Assembly: GCF_009914755.1 (NCBI RefSeq)
Contig: NC_060943.1
Length of the DNA stretch: 64,000 nt
Strand: one strand, 5' to 3'
From: the human T2T-CHM13v2.0 reference genome, Homo sapiens
Shown: in pieces, positions 1 through 16,470 of the stretch
Layout of the letters: each line of letters starts with the position of its first letter
Position numbering within the stretch: position 1 is the first letter of the stretch
Position numbers and translations under genes: made by a program
Notes under the pieces: generated by a model
Databases searched by the model: none
What the model was told of the DNA's origin: nothing
What the model saw: only the letters and a program-made list of their open reading frames with translations

Positions 1-169
1 TAAAAATACAAAATAAGCAGCGTGTGGTGACACATGCCTGTAATCCAGCTACCCTGGAGGCTAAGGCAGGAAAATGGCTCAAATCTGGGAGGTGGTTGTT
101 GCAGGGAGCCGAGATTGCACCACTGCACTCCAGACTGGGGGACAGAGTGACTATCAAAAAAAAAAAAAA
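1..169 (+). mobile_element. Alu, 3' part (5' end outside window)
   Basis: Middle A-rich linker, right arm and poly(A) tail. Confidence 0.95.
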
Positions 170-541
170 CTTTACCTCATATGGTGAACATTTTTGTTTT
201 GAGACCACATGACACTGTCATCATTTTTCAAAAATCCAAATACATTATTATGAACTATAGTCACCATGTTGTACAATAAATCTCTTGAACTTATTTCTTC
301 CATTTGACTATAATTATGTATTATTTCACAAACATGTTTCCAGCCTTCCATTTCTTAAAATAACTTGCATCTGATGGTCACCATTTTACTCTCTACATCA
401 ATGGGATTAAGTTTTTTGGAATCCATGTGTAAGTGAAATTATGAGACACTAATCTTTCTGTGCCTTGCTTATCCCAACTAATACAATGTCCTCCAACTTC
501 ATCCATGTGATTGAGAATAATAGTTTTTGTTTTTTTTTTAA

Positions 542-850
542 GGCCAGGAGTGGTGGCTCACACCTGTAATCCCAGCTCTGGGAGGCCAAGGCCAGTGGAT
601 TGCTTGAGCCCAGGAGTTTGAGACCAGCCTGGACAACGTGGAAAAACCCCATCTCTACTAAAAATACAAAAACAACAAAACAAAAACAAAAAACACCTCA
701 GCTGGGTGTGGTGGTGCAGGCCTGTAATCTCAGCTACTCCAGAGGCTGAGGCATGAGAATCCCTTGAACCACAGATGCAGAGGTTGCAGTGAACTGAGAT
801 CATGCCACTGCACTCCATCCTGGGCAACAGAGTGAGACTCGGTCTCAAGA
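542..850 (+). mobile_element. Alu
   Basis: Dimeric Alu consensus with expanded middle A-rich region. Confidence 0.95.
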
Positions 851-1337
851 GGGAAAATAAGGCATTTTTCTCATTTAAATAATAAATAGTATTCCATTAT
901 GTATATCAACCACATTGTCTTTATTTACTCATTAGATGTTGAACTGTTTATTCTGTATTTTGGCTATTGTGAAACAAGTGCTGCAAACAGAAGTGCAAAT
1001 GTTTCTTTATTCTTATTTTGTTTTGGATATATACCCAGTAGTGCGATTGCTGTATTACCTGGTAGTTTTTTTGATAAATCTGTATTTTGTTTTTCGTAAT
1101 GGCTATCCTCATTTACGTTCACACCAACAGTGTGCAAGGATTCCGTTTTCTTCACATCTTTACCAACACTTTTTTCTTTTTCTTTTAATAAGAGTTATTC
1201 TAACAGGAATGAGTTGATATAGGGATTTTTTTTTTGGCTTGTCTTTTTGTGATAATAGTCAACATTGAGCATTTAAAAATATATCCGTTGGACATATGTA
1301 TGACTTTTCTTGAAAAATATTTATTTCAGCTATTTCC

Positions 1338-1634
<297 letters not shown>

Positions 1635-1851
1635 TATTATTTTTAATAATTTTTTATTGTTGTCATTTTAAATACACTTTTGATATTAACCTCTTGTCAC
1701 ATGTATAATTTGCAAATTTTTTCTCCCATGTTCTAGTTGTCACATTCTGTTGATTGTATCAGATTTTGTCCAGCAGCTTTTTAATTTGAAGTGATCTGAC
1801 TTATTTTTCCTTTTGTGTCCTGGGATGTTTAGGTTAAATCAAAAAACTTGC

Positions 1852-2145
1852 GGCCAGGCGCAGTGGCTCACACCTGTAATCCCAGCACTTTGGGAGGCCG
1901 AGGCAGGTGGATCACGAGGTCAGAAGTTCGAGACCAGCCTGACCAACATGGTGAAATCCTGTCTCTACTAAAAATACAAATATTAGCCGGGCGTGGTTGC
2001 ACGTGTCTATAATCTCAGCTACTCAGGAGGCTGAGGCAGGGGAACGGCTTAAACCCAGAGGCGGAGGTTGTAGTGAGCCAAGGTCATGCCACTGCACTCC
2101 AGCCTTGGCAACAGAATGAAACTCTGTCTCAAAAAAAAAAAAAAA
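1852..2145 (+). mobile_element. Alu (AluS-like)
   Basis: Full Alu with poly(A); flanks aaaaacttgc / aaaaatttgc resemble a TSD. Confidence 0.95.
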
Positions 2146-2845
2146 TTTGCTGCCCAGAACAATGTTATAGGGCTTTTGCTCTATATTTTGGCAGTAGTAG
2201 TTTCAGAGTGTCAGGCCTTACATTTAAGTACTAATTTATTTCGAGTTTATTTTTACATATGGTGTGAGATGAGGGTCTCAATTTTTATCTCTGCATGTGG
2301 ATATAAAGTTTTCTTAATTGAAGATTCTGTTCTTTCCCTTTAAAGTCACCTGTATTTAAAATCAACTGTAAATACATGGATATATTTCTGCTGTTTTTTT
2401 CTTCTGCTCCATTGACCTATGTCTCTGTTTTTATTCAAGTACCATACTGTTGGTTACCATAGCTATGTAGTGTATTTCAAAGTTAGTCACTTCTTTTGTC
2501 TTGATTGCTTTGGCTATTCAGGGTCTTTTGTGATACCATATGAATTTTAGATATACTTTTAAAACTTTTCTATGAAGTATATCACGTATTTCGATAGAGG
2601 TTGCATTATACCTGTAGGTCATTTTGTGTAATACAAATATTAATGTCAGTTCATGAATAGTCCATTTATGTATTAATTTCTATTTAGAATGTAAGGCGTT
2701 TCAACTTTTTGGTTAAATTTATTTCAAACTATAGTTATTGTAGATGTAATTGTTTTTGAATTTCATTTTGGGATAGTTATTAATGTAGAGAAATGCTGTG
2801 ACTTTTTGATGGTGCTTTTGTATTTTGAAAGTTTAATAAATTTTG

Positions 2846-3144
2846 TTTATTTATTTATTTATTTTGAGATGGAGTCTCGGTCTGTCACGCAGGCTCGAGT
2901 GCAGTGGCACGATCTTGGCTCACTGCAACCTCTGCCTCCCTGGCTGAAGCGGTTCTCCTGCCTCAGCTTCCTAAGTAGCTGAAACTACAGGCGCCTCCTA
3001 CTACACCCAGCTAATTTTTTTATTTCTATAGAGATGGGGTTTCCCTACGTTGGCCAGACTGGTCTTGAACTCCTGACCTTGTGATCCGCCCACCTCGGCC
3101 TCCCAAAGTGCTGGAATTACAGGCAGGAGTCACTGCACCTTGCC
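2846..3144 (-). mobile_element. Alu
   Basis: Reverse Alu consensus; tgtttat on both sides. Confidence 0.95.
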
Positions 3145-3589
3145 TGTTTATAATTTTTAAGATTTACTAAGGTCTTAGGCTTTTTTATACTTCAGATTAT
3201 GTATAGGGATAAAAGAAAATTATACAGGAATAATTCCTTTTCCTCAATTTGGATGCCTTTGATTTTTTTCTCTAATTTCTTTGTCTTGGATATTTAGTAC
3301 CATGTTTAGTAAGTCTGACTAGAGTGGGCATCCTTGCCTTGTTCTAGCTCTTAGAGTAAAAGCTTACAACATATCCCTGTTTAGTATGTTGTTAGCAGTT
3401 TTTTTGGTTATATATGGCATTTATTGGCTGAAGTGCATTTGTTCTATACCTAATTTTTTCAGCGATTTATCATAAGGGAATGTCAAATTCTGTCAAACTT
3501 CTATTGTGCATCCATTTTTTTCTCTTTGCACTCTGCATATATTTAAGTTTTAGAGATGTGAAATCACAACTAATTCTGCATACATACAA

Positions 3590-5130
<1,541 letters not shown>

Positions 5131-5140
5131 TGTCGATTAC

Positions 5141-5475
<335 letters not shown>

Positions 5476-6728
5476 TAATTTACAAAAGAAAGGTGAATGC
5501 CATTAAAAGGTGTTTAATACACTCCCACCAGAAACAAGAGGCAAGGCAGGCCCTGGGGGCCTCACAAAGGCGGTCTTATGCAAGGGTGAGAAAGCAGAGT
5601 TATCAGGGAGGTGGGACTATTGCTTTATGAACGTGATGATTGGAAGCAAAAACGTGGGGCTTTTTCCTATTGAATACAAAGTAAAATAATGAATGCTGGT
5701 GTCAGTGGTTGGGAATAACAACATTTGCAGGCTCATGAGAGCTGCCTGACAAAAAGCGTGTAAACAACAGTGATTGCTCCTGTGGCCCTGTGATTCAGCA
5801 GGTTTATGGAGCAGTTAAGAATCGCAGATGTCAAATGGCCAACACAGAATCTAACGACATGCTTAATACAAATTATTATTAGTAGAAATGCTGAATTGCT
5901 TCATTTCTGCAATTTCTGCTGCTTCTTAAGATGCTTTTAATGAATAAAATCTGCCTTAAAATTTGATACCTGGTAACTTCTCTCTGTGAGTTTTGAATTG
6001 GCTGATGTAACCAAAATGCCAGCTCTTGCCATCTAACTACCATTAAAAGGAACTTCTAAAGCTCCGAAGTGGTCAACAGTTTCACTTCCAACTTTTTTAA
6101 AAGATACACAATTTTCTAAAAAATTTTTCTTTATGGGCGATTGAATAGTTGGGCTTTGGCTAATTCCTCATTAGCAATAGAATTATGTATATTTTGCAAA
6201 CTCTAATACAGAACACTTAATGTATCAGACAACCATGATTATGATGTATATACCTGGTATAAACAATCTTTTTTGCATATTGAATTCTGCATTTTTTTCT
6301 TCCTTGATACGTATGAGATTCACCAGTACCAGTTTTTCTCTTGTGGTGGCATATAGTTGATTGTCATTTGCATTATCTATTAAAAACCTGTGGCAGCTCA
6401 TGGTATTATTGACCATATGTTCTAGTGTCTTCTTGCAGATTTAAATATTTTATTGCAGTGTAAAGTTTAATATTTAGATGTGTGATACATCTTTGGATAA
6501 TCTGTAATTAAATTGATCTTTTGTAATGGTGATAGTGATTAGCACACACTGAAAATCCAGCAAAGCAATTATTTTTCTCTTTTTAACTGGAAATCATATT
6601 CGTAAGTTGTGGTAGATATTATCATCAGTGTATTCATGATTCGATTTATATTTTGTGTTATCTGGTTATAAATTTTATATAGCATTCAATTTGACAAAAT
6701 ATAAATCTATTTGATTTGAATTTAATGG

Positions 6729-6751
6729 TGTGTGTGTGTGTGTGTGTGTGT
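6729..6751. repeat. (TG)n microsatellite
   Basis: About 11 GT units, seen directly. Confidence 0.95.
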
Positions 6752-7050
6752 ACTTCCTTGAACTTTAGGAAATTCTACAAATCTTATACAGATATGAATG
6801 TATCAGGCTTATATTTTTTGCAAGGCTATATATACATTTCTTCTGTTTATTAAAATACTGGAATTGGTGTTATGTAGATATAGTTGTAGATATCAGAATA
6901 AAAATGGAATGTTGTGAAAATTACAACTTAATAAATATTTATGGCAAATAAATACAAGATAAAAATTATACATCTTTACAAGATAGTTATTTACAATTGC
7001 TTAGAGCTTACCTGTCCAGCCAAGGCCTATCTTCTTCAAGACTGTGCTGA

Positions 7051-7387
<337 letters not shown>

Positions 7388-8183
7388 TTACAGTCTCTAC
7401 TGGGGAGAAATAACCCTGACCGAGAATGATCAAAAAAAGAATAAATTTTTGGCAGAAAAATTCTCTGTGTAAAAAAACAGAGTTGTGTAAAAGAAAATTA
7501 TGTTCAGAGAAAAACAAACTGACCAATTTTACCACAGTTATTTTTAAGAAAATAAATGCTTCAAAGTCAAATTAAATTTATTTAAAAATTGCAAATATAG
7601 TGGTGAATGAAATTAAAGGTCTCGGTCTTCACAGAGTTTACATTGTAAGGTTTGAAAAATAAAGACAATTTGAGAATAAATAATTCTTCATATAATGCTG
7701 GTAGCATAGGTAAGTTGGTACTACATCCTGGAAGAGGGCTCCCCAATGCCTATACAAGCTGAAGATACAAATACACTTTAGTTATATTTGTGGTTAAATA
7801 TCTACATAGTTACAAAAATTTTTCTTTTAAAAATGCACAAGACTGTTTACAGAAGCACTGACCAATCTGGAAAATCACCAAAATGTTCATAAAAAGTGGA
7901 ATAAAGAAATTGTAGTGTATTTATATAATGGAACATTGTAGATCAATGAATATAGAAAGCACAACTTGCAATATTCACAACTTTCAAAGCAAAGCACAAC
8001 TACAGGCAGCAACAGAGATCTATCTCACAAACAATGTTGAGCAGAATAAGCTAGCCAAAAATGAGAATTTACTGTATTAATCCATTTATTTAAAGTTCAA
8101 AAACAGGCAAAACTCATTTATTGTATAAATAGCTAGAATATAAGTTGCTCTTAGAGGAACAGTGATTGAAAAGGAGAATAAAA

Positions 8184-8672
8184 TGTAGCGGGATTTTTAA
8201 GGAATCAGAGAGACCGATGGGGTACAGGAGGATATTTATTAATTATTTAGGTGCACCGGCCCAGTCAGATTAACATCTGATGGACTGAGCCCTAAACAAA
8301 GAGTTAAGTTACCTTTTAAGCATTTTGTGGGGCAAGGGGAGATCTGTGCATGGAGAAGCGTACTACAGAAGCAAGAAACAAAGACAGTTATTCAATTGAG
8401 ACATGCATTACATCATTTCTTACTTTTCAAGGAGAAACATGTTTTGCAACTTGAGTTTATCTGTCTAGTGACCTTGCAGCTGCACAGCTAGGGAAAGAGA
8501 GTCTTCACAATGCTTGGGAAAGGAGAAGAGATAAGGCTCACTAGCCACAGAAAAACAGGCAGTTAATTCTTAAAGGACTCCAGCTCTTTCTCTTTCTCTG
8601 AGGGAAATGGGTTTTGTTACATACAACTGAGTTTCTGCTTATACACTCTAATTTCTTTTAATTCCTGTTCCG
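8184..8672 (-). repeat. 3' LTR of provirus
   Basis: About 91% identical (by-eye count) to 17346-17834; preceded on the minus strand by PPT-like aaagtggggaa. Confidence 0.95.
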
Positions 8673-8706
8673 TTCCCCACTTTGGTGCATTTTTATAACA
8701 GAGGTG

Positions 8707-10937
8707 TTAATAGAAAGCACCACTATTTGCCACCTTCTCACAGAGCTGAGCTGCTCCTTCTGGTAGTGGCTGATATTTTGTTAATACCATCAACTGCACG
8801 GTAGTGTGTCGGGTTACTATTGCCTCTATAGTTGACTGAATACTCATAATAAACAGGGGTAAAAGGCAAGGGAGGATGAGGCAGACGCCAAGAATAAGCA
8901 AGAACCCACCAATGAGGATTTTGAATCCTCCAAAGGTTGAGAACCATCCTCCAAACAAGGAATCTGGGGACCATCCAGACCAAGTCTGAACTGGAACATG
9001 GGCCAGCCTGCGCATTGTAGCTATGATTTCCATGACAGCTTGGTCATTATCATCAATTTCTAGGCAACAGTTGGTTCAATTAAATTTTCCACATACTCCT
9101 CCTTCTGAGGCTAAGAGGTAATCTAAAGCCAATCTATTATGATATATAGCATTTCTCATTTGTTTTGCTTGTATTGCCAATAAATCTAGTGCCCTTGATG
9201 TTTCATTGGTTATAATTTCTAGGACTGCCTGCAACCTTATGATGAGGTTGAGCATATAGATTGGGTTGTGGTACCCCTGTGACCCATCTTGTGCCCAGGT
9301 AGCTGGCCCATAATATTTCATGATTCAGGCCATTCATTTTCTTTCCAGTTTCCTATGTCCACATCGTTTTTGATATTTGTGTCTATTTTTGTGATTATGC
9401 TTCTTCTAGTTCTTCCTTTATTTTTATCATAAACTGGATATCCTAAGAGTTCCTGTTGCTTTAGAGGAATTAGAAGGATGGCTTGACTGTTCCTAACACA
9501 CATGCCCCTGTCCATTTAGCTAGCAGTAGCTGATATGCCTGTGCTCCACAGATCCAATACAGGCCAGAGGGTGCCTTTCAAGCATTTGCAGCCTCTAGCT
9601 GATGCCAAGAGTGGCTTATAGTAGACAATCAAGAGAAAGGGTTTGGATCTGGTAAGTAGGAGTCAGTCTGGGTGTTTCTTCATAGTTTTGTTTTTAGTCT
9701 CATCATAATACTGTTGCCCTAGGCAGGTTGTTTCTCCTACTGCCTCTGTGAAAGCCTTTCCCCATTGAGCGATACAATACCTTCCAATTATGGAGGTTTT
9801 TAACAACCAGACACTGGCAAAGGCTGTTGGTTCACTGGCAGGGTTAAGCGAAGTGAAGTTATCTTATGGTATTAATTATTTTGCCTCCCATGGCCACTAG
9901 TCCCCCATATTATTTCCTCCACATACACAGCATGAGGAAATTCCTAAGCTGCCAGCTATGTTTTCAGCTAGTTGAGCAAATAAGTGTTTTGTTGATGGGG
10001 GAAGCTCAGGCACTGTCTGATCAAAATGCTTATAGAATGACTTATGGGCCTGGAATTGTGAGGTTGGATGCATTTGAGTCCATCTAGTCTTTTTGACAAT
10101 TAGTAGTGGAATTCCAAGGCCTGCTCTTTTTCTATGAACTCATAATAGTGCTGTCTGTCCTGTAGAACAAAAAGGTAGCTCTGGCTTTAAGACAGTAAAA
10201 TTTAAAGGATTGCATGTTCTTGTCTTACAATCTGGTTTGTTTGACATACCACTTAGCAGAGCAGTCCTTCCTGAATAAAGGTGTTGGAGCTGTATTTGTG
10301 TAGACCATGGAATGTTACAGTCTGAGCATCTGATTTGTGGTTCTCCATACAGATGTTTAGGACTGCTGCTAAGCCTCTCTTGTGTCAAACCACTGCAGAC
10401 TGCTTCTGTTTTTTTTAGGATTTGAACATATGCAGCATGGCAGGCATCAAAGTACAAGGAAATAGGCTCTTTATAGGAGGGAGGGGCTTCTTTGGTTCAA
10501 GCTATAAGCTCTCCTTCTTTTTCTCCCTCTGATTTAATATGTACCTCAAACCAGAATTCATAGGGTAAGAGCTTAGGGTCATAACATAAATATAGCTGAT
10601 TATTTCCTGGGTCACAGACTGAATAGGTGGTCTGGTTGTATGTGCAGGTTCCTAACTTGGTTCCTGTACATTCATAGTAGGTATGGTACAGTAGAGTTTT
10701 AACTACGGTATTCGTTACCCAGGTAGTATGTACACAGTGTGAGCATCCTTCTAGAGATTTCTCCCCTTTTAGTATAGGCAGAAATGGTAACAACATCAGT
10801 GTATGTAATAGAAACATGCTTATACTACACATGTGCATGGCAAACCTTCCTCTGGGCATAGATATTTGCTGTAATAACATAACAACAGAACAATCAGTAT
10901 TGACAGAATTATAACTAGGCTTATAAATTGTATCCAC
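8707..10937 (-). pseudogene. env: env remnant, ERV3-like, multiple stop codons
   Basis: Signal peptide then [11 protein letters not shown]; [11 protein letters not shown]; immunosuppressive domain [21 protein letters not shown]; hydrophobic TM anchor in ORF 8707-9033. Confidence 0.92.
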
Positions 10938-11035
10938 ATTTACTTATCTGAAGATGGTCCTCTTAGCTTCAGCTGTGCATAGACTAGTCAGCTTCTGGGA
11001 TGTGACTAGAGTAGAGCTTGCAGGATCCTCAAGCT

Positions 11036-14000
11036 TCAGCCACGCGTAGACTGACCAGCTTCCACTGTGATCAGAGCAGGGCAGTTGTCCTTCTTACTGG
11101 TGGTTGCATTTCGCCGTAGGACTATTCAGGTGGGGTGATCTGTGTCTTGTTGGCTAATTCATTGGTCATCGTCAGGAGTCACTGCTGCCACTGGTTTCGG
11201 CTGGCTATGGTGAATCGAAGGTGTGACACCTGCGACTTTAACAGCAGTGGGAGTAGACATAATTACAATATGGGGCCCATCCCATAAGGGCCCCAGGGTT
11301 GTTGGATTCCACCTTTTAACCCAGACAGAGTCTCCTGGCTTATGTGGATGCACTACATCTCTTAGACTTATAAGTATCCTTTCCCTTACCCAGCCTTTTA
11401 CCTCCTGCATTGCCACTCCTCAAGCCTGCATCTGTGTTCTAAGGTTTAGCTCTCCTAACTCCTTTAAATGCCCTCTAATTTGATTAATGATTGCGGGTGG
11501 CCTTCTGAACAATATTTCATAGGGCAAGTACCCAGTTTGTTTTGTAGGTGTACACCTCACCTGGAGGAGGACCATGGGCAAGACCTGATCCCATCATAAG
11601 TGAGTTTACTGGCAAAATTTTTTAGTAGCTGTTTGAGTGTCTGATTCATCCGTTCCACCTTCTCTGAACTCTTTGGTCAGTAGGCTGTGTGCAATTTCCA
11701 TTTGATCTTTAAAAGTTGAGTCAACTGTTGTACTACTTCTGCCGCAAATGCAGGACCATTGTCTGATCCTAGGGTTAAAGGCAACCCAAACCTTGATATT
11801 GATGTCTTTTAGTAGCACCTTTGTCACCTCTTGTGCCTTTTCAGTTCTGATGGGGAAGGCCTCAACTCACCCCGAGAAGGTGAAACAAACACTAGCATAT
11901 ACCAGTAACCTCCTGCTCAAGGCAACTCGGTAAGGTCTACAAGCAGGTTCTCACAAGGCACAGCTCCCATTTCCTGAATTTCTGGGGGTCGAGTAGGTCC
12001 TTGTTTTGGATTAGATATTGTTCGCAGGATAGACATTGTTCGCAAACAGCACGGGTGATGGCAGAGAGCCGTGGCACATAGAAGTGTTGACCTATCAAAG
12101 TCTCTAGGGCTGTGCTTCCAGCATGTGTTCCTTGATGGATCTGCTTCACAAACCTTGGGGCTATTGTCTCTGGGACAGCTAGCCTCCCATCAGAGAACAG
12201 CCACCATCCACCTTTAATATATTTTCCTGTTTCCTGGCCAAACCAAGCTTTTTCAATTGAAGAGTAATTGGGTACCTCTGGCAAAGGGGGCTCTACAAAG
12301 AGAGGCATTGCTAGAGTTATTTCTTCAGGTAAAACCTTGCTCATTGCTGCCCACCTAACTTCTTGGTCTGCCCTCCTGTTGCCCTGTGCCTCATAGCTTT
12401 TCCTAATTTGGTGTCCTTTGCAATGAATGAGAGCCACCTTCTCTGGAGCCCATATGGCTTCTAATAATTGCAAAATTTCCTCTTTATTTTGTATTTCTTT
12501 TCCTTCAGTAGTCAGAAGTCCTCTCTATTGTATATTGCCCCATGGGTGTGCAGGGTTGCAAAAGCACAGTTTGAGTCAGTATATATGTTTACTTTTTCCC
12601 CTTGGCCAATAACAGTGCTCTGGATAATGCTATTATTAATTCAGCCTTCTGAGCAGAAGTCCCAGAAGTTAAGGCTTGAGCCTCGACCACCGAGCGTTGG
12701 GTCACTACTGTATACCCTGCATATCGCACCCCATTTGTTATGAAACTGCTACCATCAGTGAAGTATTCAACATCTGGGCTCTCCAAGGGGGTATCCCTTA
12801 GTTCTTCCTAGCTCGAGAACATTTTGTCCACTGAATACAGTGCAACAGTGGGGAAGGTCCTGCCAGCAGTGAGGCAACCCACCATTCTTCAAAGTGGGCT
12901 CCTCCACAGGCAGCAGGGTAGCTGGGTTCAAGAAATTTACAGTCTGTAGTGTTATCTGGAAATTTTACACAGAAAACTTTGACACTTTAGCATTCTAAAG
13001 TTGGACAGGCAACGATGTCCTCTTTGGTCCATTAAGGAGACTACAGCATGTGGCACCCCAATTTTTAACTTCTGTCCTAGGGCTAGCTTGTTGGCATCTT
13101 CTATGAGGATTGCAGTAGCTGCCAATGCCCTGAGGCAGTGGTGCCAACCTAAGGCCACCTAGTCCAGTCTTTTGGATAAGTATGCTACCAGCCAATGTAA
13201 AGAGCCCAACAACTGAGTTAAGACTCCGACTGCCATTCCCTTTCGTTCATCCACATACAAAAGAAGGGTTTTTCTTACATCTGGCAACCCACATACTGAG
13301 GCCTGGATGAGAGCTTCCTTTATATCCTTGAAGGTCTTTTCTTGTTCCTTTTCCCATAGGAGGGGCTCTCTTTCCCTACCTTTGGTAGCCTCATGTAAGG
13401 GCCTTGCTATAAGGGAGAAGTTTGAAATCCAGATTCGGCAAAATCTCACCACCCCTAGAAATTCCCTGACCTGCTGCCGCCTTGTAACTGGGTGGACAAT
13501 GCACATACAGCCTCCTTGCGTGCACTTCCAAGCCTGCATTGGCCTTGGGATACTATGAATCCTAGATATGCAACCTCCCAAAAACAGACTTCTGCCTTGT
13601 CCTTGAACACTTTATAACCAGCTTCACACAGCAGGTCGAAGCCTCTCTGTTCCTTGGAGGCATTCCTCCCTCTTAGGGGCAGTTAATAGCAAGTCATCAA
13701 TGTATTGTAATAGCACAGAATTGTCACTAGACGGCGCAATAGCCTCAAGGTCGGTAGCCAAAGCCTCCTTGAAGATAGTGGGAGAATTCTTAAACCCTTG
13801 TGGCAGCCTTCTCCGGGTATACTGCGATTGCCCCCACTGGAAGGCAAATATAGGCTGACTTTGGGGAACAAGCCTCAAGCAAAAGAAAGCATCCTTTAAG
13901 TCCAGACGTGTGAACCCCGCGGCCTCAGCAGGAATATGTCACAACATTGTGTATGGGTTGGGTACTGTGGCATGGATAGTGGCAATGGTCTTGTTTACCA

Positions 14001-14700
14001 CCTGGAGGTCCTACACTGGCCTGTATTCACCATTTGGCTTGAGCACGGGCAGCAGAGGAGTATTCCAAGAGGACTTGTATTTCACTATAATCTCATGTTC
14101 ATAGAGCTGATTTACATGTTTTGTTATGCCTTCAGTTGCCTCTCTGGGTAATGGGTATTAACGGACTCATACCAGGGTAGCATGAGGGTTAAGCTCTACT
14201 ACCACCGGGGGTCTGTTTAGAACAAGTCCGGGGGGGTTGTCCTCAGCCCATACACCTGGTACCTTGAAAAGCATTCCCCACGTATTGTGTAGGTCCAGCT
14301 CCAGCAGCCTCCTGGTACACAGTTCATAGAGCCGCCATTCCTCAGCTATTAGGAGAGCTAGAGTCAATACCATTGCCTTTGGCTTCCCTACCTCCAGGGT
14401 CATATTCCCATTAGGTGTAAAGGAAATTTGTGCCTGTATAGTTTCTGGAGTAAGTCTCTCCCCAACAAGGGCACTGGACAATTTGGCATATATAGAAACT
14501 CATGCTGCACTTCTTGTCCTCCAATAACACATCTCCTGGATTTGCAAAAAGGTCCCTTTTCTTTGGCCCCAGTAGCCCTTACAATAGTAGCACAGTTCTT
14601 TGTGGGGGGGCTAATTGGGTGAGTTACCACAGAGAAATCAGCTCTAGTGTCGACCAAAAAATCCATTGATCAGCCCCCTATTTCCATAGAAACCATAGCC
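11036..14700 (-). pseudogene. pol: pro-pol remnant (protease, RT, RNase H, integrase), frameshifted
   Basis: FLVDTRAD (protease; DTG mutated to DTR); LPQGFKNSP and QYIDDLL (RT); YFTDGSS (RNase H); HQGTH...CEQC (integrase zinc finger); WDGPHIV (GPY/F-like). Confidence 0.93.
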
Positions 14701-14741
14701 ACCCCCCGACCCCAGGGCCTAAAAAGATGGAACGCGGTCTC

Positions 14742-16470
14742 TCAGTCCTCAAAATTCTTGGCCCCTGCTAAGCCAATCAGATCAGGATCTGCCTTTGAGG
14801 CACCATTACTAGCAACAGAACGCCGCACTCGGGTGTTAGACCATTGACCATCATCTCCATCCTTTGCCTTTTTGGGACACTCATCTTTCCAGTGGCCTAT
14901 TTGCCTGCACTTTGCACATTGGTTCCTGTCCAAAGGGGACAGGCTTTCCTCTCCCAGTCATGTCTGCCCTCTTCCTCAGCCTCTGCTTTGACCACGCCCT
15001 CTAGCAAATCCAGGTTTACTTTCTGCTAGTGAAGCAGCTGTAAATTGAACCGTGTCTTTATTTCTGTTTCTGGTTTTTCTTTCTTCCTTTCTCTCTGCCT
15101 CTTCTTCCCAGTTTATGTATACTTTGTTTGCTATTTCCAGGAGTTCACTAATATTTTTCCCTGCAAAGCCTTCCAGCTGCTGAAGCTTTTGTCTTATGTC
15201 TCCCTGTGCTTGCCTGACAAAGGTCATATTTATCATGTGTTGGTTTTCAGGAGCCTTTGGAATAATTGGAGTGTACAGCCTATATGCCTCACAAAGCCTT
15301 TCAAAGAATGCACTTGGGCTTTCATCAGGCTTTTGGCGCATTTCTGACATTTTACTCATATTCATTGCCTGCCTTCCTCCTGCTTTTATCCCATTCAGGA
15401 GTGCCTTTCTATATAGCCGCAGCCATTCCATGTCCCTTGCCTCATCTGGGTCCCAGTTAGGGTCCTCATTTGGGTATCGCTCCAAGGCAAACTGGCATGG
15501 GTTAGGGATGGCCTCTGGGGCTTCCCCTTCTAACCAGCTGAGAGCTGCCTGATTAACTCTCCTACACTTCTCTGTATTAAATAAAGTTAGCAAAAGCTGT
15601 TGACAATCCGGCGAGGTCAGGTTATGTGTTATAATAAAAGCATTCACTAAATCAATGAGAGCCTGAGGCTTTTCTGTACAGGAGGGGTATGCTGTTTCCA
15701 ATTTAAGAGATCAGTAGTGGAGAAAGGCTGATAAACATAAAGCCTAGGGTTACCTTGTATCTGCCCCTGGTCATCATAAACTTGTGTCCTTGTCTCTTGA
15801 ATTGGCATCTGCAAAGCCCATGGTAGGCCTTAGTGGAGGCACCTAGCTGCCTCGCCCTGTCCATCTTCCCTGTTTTTATCTAACAGGGGCTTCTTTTTCT
15901 CTGGGTGGGGGAGACTGAGCCTCACTTTCCTCTGAATCCGACTCTCCAGATGCTCCTGACTCTGCCTCCTGCCTTACTCTGGCCAAAGATGGGTAGACTG
16001 GCACATATGGGGGTGGACATTCCCTTTCCTCAGGTGGGACCTGAAGAACTGGTTTCAGCTGAGGCTTTGGGGATTCCTTTTCCTAGGAGACACTAGAAGC
16101 TTTAGGTTTCTCTGTTTTACTTTGGTTGTGCTGCCTGAGCCACTAATGCCTTGCAATATCCCTCTAGGCAGGGCTGTCACCACTTGGGGCGAGTTTGCAC
16201 CACATTGAGCCAAGAGTCTATATAGGGAAACTGGTCTGGGTATCCTGGTTGTCCTGCAACTCCAGTGACCACCTTAAACACACGGCCAATTAATTCCCTG
16301 TCTATTGTACCTTTAGAGGGCCACCCCATATTGAAAGCAGGCCCATCTATCTCATAGTATGTCCTTAACCTTTGAGCAACAAGTTTCATCCCATAATCAC
16401 CTCTAAATCCTTTTTTAAAATTCTTTATCATGCACTCCAAAGGAGTTGGTTTCAATGCTTTCCCTCTCAT
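14742..16470 (-). pseudogene. gag: gag remnant (MA, CA, NC)
   Basis: MA start KPTPLECMIKNFKKGF; CA major homology region RQKPDESPSAFFERLCEAYR; NC knuckle CAKCRQIGHWKDEC. Confidence 0.93.
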
